This document shows positions 61,450 to 64,000 of a DNA stretch of 64,000 nt, in pieces (position 1 is the stretch's first letter; each line of letters begins with the position of its first letter). The position numbers were made by a program, and so were the translations under genes. This DNA comes from Dictyostelium fasciculatum. Lineage: Eukaryota. The stretch is from positions 2,994,354 through 3,058,353 of the forward strand of contig NW_004457624.1 of the NCBI RefSeq assembly GCF_000203815.1. The letters run 5' to 3'. The notes beneath the pieces are model-generated. The model was not told the DNA's origin, made no database searches, and saw only the letters and a program-made list of their open reading frames with translations.

Positions 61450-64000
61450 ATGATGGATTTTAGTCGAGAAAGAAAGATTAGATCTGTCACTGCCTACAAA
61501 CAATCTAAATTTGATGTAGAAGAGTTGCTGGTATCGTTGGACAAGTTGTTGAATGAAGCACCACCTGCAGCTACCAGCACCGCCGCTGCAGCTTTGACTA
61601 GTCGTGGAAAGAGCGGACTCAGTCTGCAGCAGTGCTGTCAAAAGTTTACGGCAGAGGGTTTCAACATCCTACAGAAACTAAGGGAAAAGACAAAGACATT
61701 TGATACATCAGACGTATCGTACTTTATCTTGCGAGGAGGTATCACTATCCTCATCAAGTGTCTGTGTTTTTGTGGTCGTACCACACTCTCCAATGAAATA
61801 GCACTCGAGATATCGCAATACCTTATCGACAATAACCATCAAACGGCAAGACTGTTTTGCAAGCAGATCATCAACCATCTCTGTGACGACATTGAGTGTG
61901 TCGGTGTCTCTGAAACACTCCCAAATTTAATTTCACTCTATCCTATTAGATCTGTATGTACTATACATACGTGACTCTCTTATTACTTAATACTATGACT
62001 AACCATGATGATTTGATTATTATTTGTCTTTAGATATTTATTGAAGATTTATGTATACCAAAATTGATTGAAATCTATTATAAGGGATCGATTAAACTTG
62101 CAAATGGATTGATCAATAACCAACAACCTGCGATGATACAAATTGACAAGGTGATTGACAAACCATTAGAAACACCCAAAGAAGGATGGGCTAATTTATT
62201 GGTCAATTCAAAGGTTAAAAGTAACGCTGTCACTTGTCTCAGTAACAGTTCATTAAATCGAAATAATAATAATAATAATAATAATAACGCCAGCGAGCAA
62301 ATGAAACGATCGAATCTAAGAGACAGTGGTGTATTGTCACCATTGGAAACTGCTAGTAATGGAAGCAGCCCAAATGAATCACCAACCATATCAAGTGCCA
62401 ACAGTAGTTTTAGCAACCTAAAGAATCTTTTACCCAACCTCAACAATCTCAATATCAACAACAGCCATGCATCACTACCAACCAGTCCTCCACAAGTTCC
62501 ATCACTCAAACTATCGGCATTGAAACCAATCATTCCAAAATTAAATCTACCCATTCGAATTGAAAGCTCTGCAAAAATGACTAGAAGTAGTAGAAGAAGA
62601 GAAGACAACAACTCTTCAACTCGTAGTACCACTGGTGAAGTTAAATTATTAGATTCAAGCTCAACAAAAGAATTAAGTGATATTGCTACAAAATTGGGTG
62701 AAACTTGTAAGTCAAATAGAAAATAAGAAAAAGAAAGAGATTACTAAATATTTATTTATTTATCTATTTAGTTGTAACTGCTGATTTAACAGCTTTAATA
62801 TCATATAAACAAGCAGTTGATGCACATATTAGTCAAACCAATTCAATTAAGAGGGCATCATATGCACCAAAGAAATTAGTGTATGATCAATTAATCGGAC
62901 AAACTCAACATTTACTTTCACAAAACAATAGTATCGATATGCAACAATTCCGTTCATCAAATATTTATAAAGTTAGATCAAGTATATTAAAAACTTTAAT
63001 TGCTGCTACCTCTCATAATCTTTGGTTACTTCAAGTATGTTTGAAAAACAAAACAAAAAACAAAACAAAAAAAGAACTTTGGTTAATTAATTAATATTTC
63101 TTTTATAGTATGTAAATAATCCAATGAATTTAATATATTCAGAAGTATTATTAATGTATAAAGGAATGATACCATATGATTTTGATTATTTAAATTTGGT
63201 ATTTCAATTTGCCTACAATTGGGCAGACTATGTAGAATATATTCATAGAATAAGATGGAACGATGTTACAAAGGGAATGACACCTGAAAGAAAAGGTGCC
63301 TATAGAAAGAAATTAGATGTATTATTATGGAGATTTAATTATAATATTTTAAATATTTTTGAAACAAATGTATGTAAAACAAAAAACAACAAATAATAAT
63401 AACATAATAATAATATTTGTTTATTTTAATTTTTTAGGTGATTGATGATTTAGAACATCAATTACATATGTTGGCAGATTATATGGAACATTGTCCAACA
63501 AGAATTATGCCATCACAAGTAGTAGATGTTTGTATTGAAGTTTTATTAAAGATTAAACATTATTGGTTCAAAGGAAGAATTTCACACGATAGATACAAAG
63601 ACATACACGTCATTCATTACTTGTTGTGTGTCTTTGATGAAATTATCACTCAAAACATGCATCCGCCATTGAACGATCTATTGTTGGCCATTTTCATTGA
63701 ACGTGAAGACACTTTTAATTTCATCAAACACTATACACAGTTGCTGACCAGTAGCGAATGGTTGGAAAAGGAATTCGAACGTGACAAGACAAAGGGTGGA
63801 AGTATCAAATTGATAGAGTATAGATGCCGTGTATTTAAACATCACTCGGTTTGTGTAGATATGATCAAACGATCCATTCAAGTAGACTCTAGAGGAGAAA
63901 CTGAAAAAACTGAACCAGACCAAGTCCACATCTCTGAACTGGTTCAAAAGATGGAATATCTCTTGCTTCCTGGTAATGGTGTCATCCTTCCATTCCTTCA
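61450..64000 (+). CDS. multi-exon hypothetical helical-repeat protein, 3'-partial (runs off the window): join(61450..61953,62034..62706,62772..63034,63109..63369,63438..>64000)
   Basis: Four introns of 65-80 nt, with donors GTATGT (61954), GTAAGT (62707), GTATGT (63035) and GTATGT (63370), each ending (T)nAG. All junction phases are consistent and link the track ORFs 61450, 62064, 62879 and 63124 to an open frame from 63438 through 64000 (VIDDLEHQLHMLADYMEHCPTRIMPSQVVDVCIEVLLKIKHYWFKGRISHDRYKD...). Exon 2 has a poly-N tract and an S-rich region. Confidence 0.6.

Noticed and set aside
1-64000. CRISPR arrays, rRNA genes, operon-like structures
   Set aside because: The sequence is clearly eukaryotic nuclear DNA with spliceosomal introns. 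No direct-repeat/spacer arrays or rDNA-like segments are present. The only periodic repeats are simple microsatellites.

Overview
The window is gene-dense nuclear DNA from a dictyostelid-type social amoeba. The taxon is inferred from sequence features only: AT-rich intergenic DNA, poly-N/Q/S/T tracts in proteins, and very short AT-rich introns (62-134 nt) with GTAAGT/GTATGT donors and (T)nAG acceptors, typically near A-rich start contexts; no genus call is possible from sequence alone. The supplied ORF track lists only start-codon-initiated ORFs of 60 aa or more, apparently also accepting TTG/CTG/GTG starts, so many exons had to be joined by hand. Exon coordinates below are hand-derived and may be off by 1-2 nt in places. 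Gene models rebuilt from the sequence are: a type I iterative polyketide synthase (KS-AT-DH-psiMT-ER-KR-ACP, about 2346 aa, 4 exons); a mitochondrial carrier; an AMT-family ammonium transporter (3 exons); a RidA/YjgF deaminase with an N-terminal presequence (4 exons); a methylisocitrate lyase (PrpB)-like enzyme (4 exons); a GlcNAc-PI de-N-acetylase (PIG-L); a TADA1/Ada1 SAGA subunit; a SNIP1-like FHA protein; a cPLA2/patatin-like phospholipase with an N-terminal TM helix, a large polytopic hydrophobic insertion and a WW-like C-terminal exon; a YiiX/DUF830 permuted papain-fold hydrolase fused to a C2-like domain; a protein with a candidate GIY-YIG nuclease motif; two convergent secreted glycoproteins (a mucin-like GH16/ConA-fold protein and a cysteine-rich protein); a long coiled-coil protein; two convergent ankyrin-like genes, each interrupted (a frameshift at an A7 run, an in-frame TAA); and several low-complexity proteins. 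A 5'-truncated, internally disrupted L1-clade (TRE-like) non-LTR retrotransposon (RT, RNase H, CCHC) lies at about 9.6-13.7 kb. There are no rRNA, tRNA or CRISPR features. No single organised system (e.g. a biosynthetic cluster) is evident. The most unusual items are the patatin-like architecture, the GIY-YIG candidate next to the retroelement, and the paired disrupted ankyrin-like genes.
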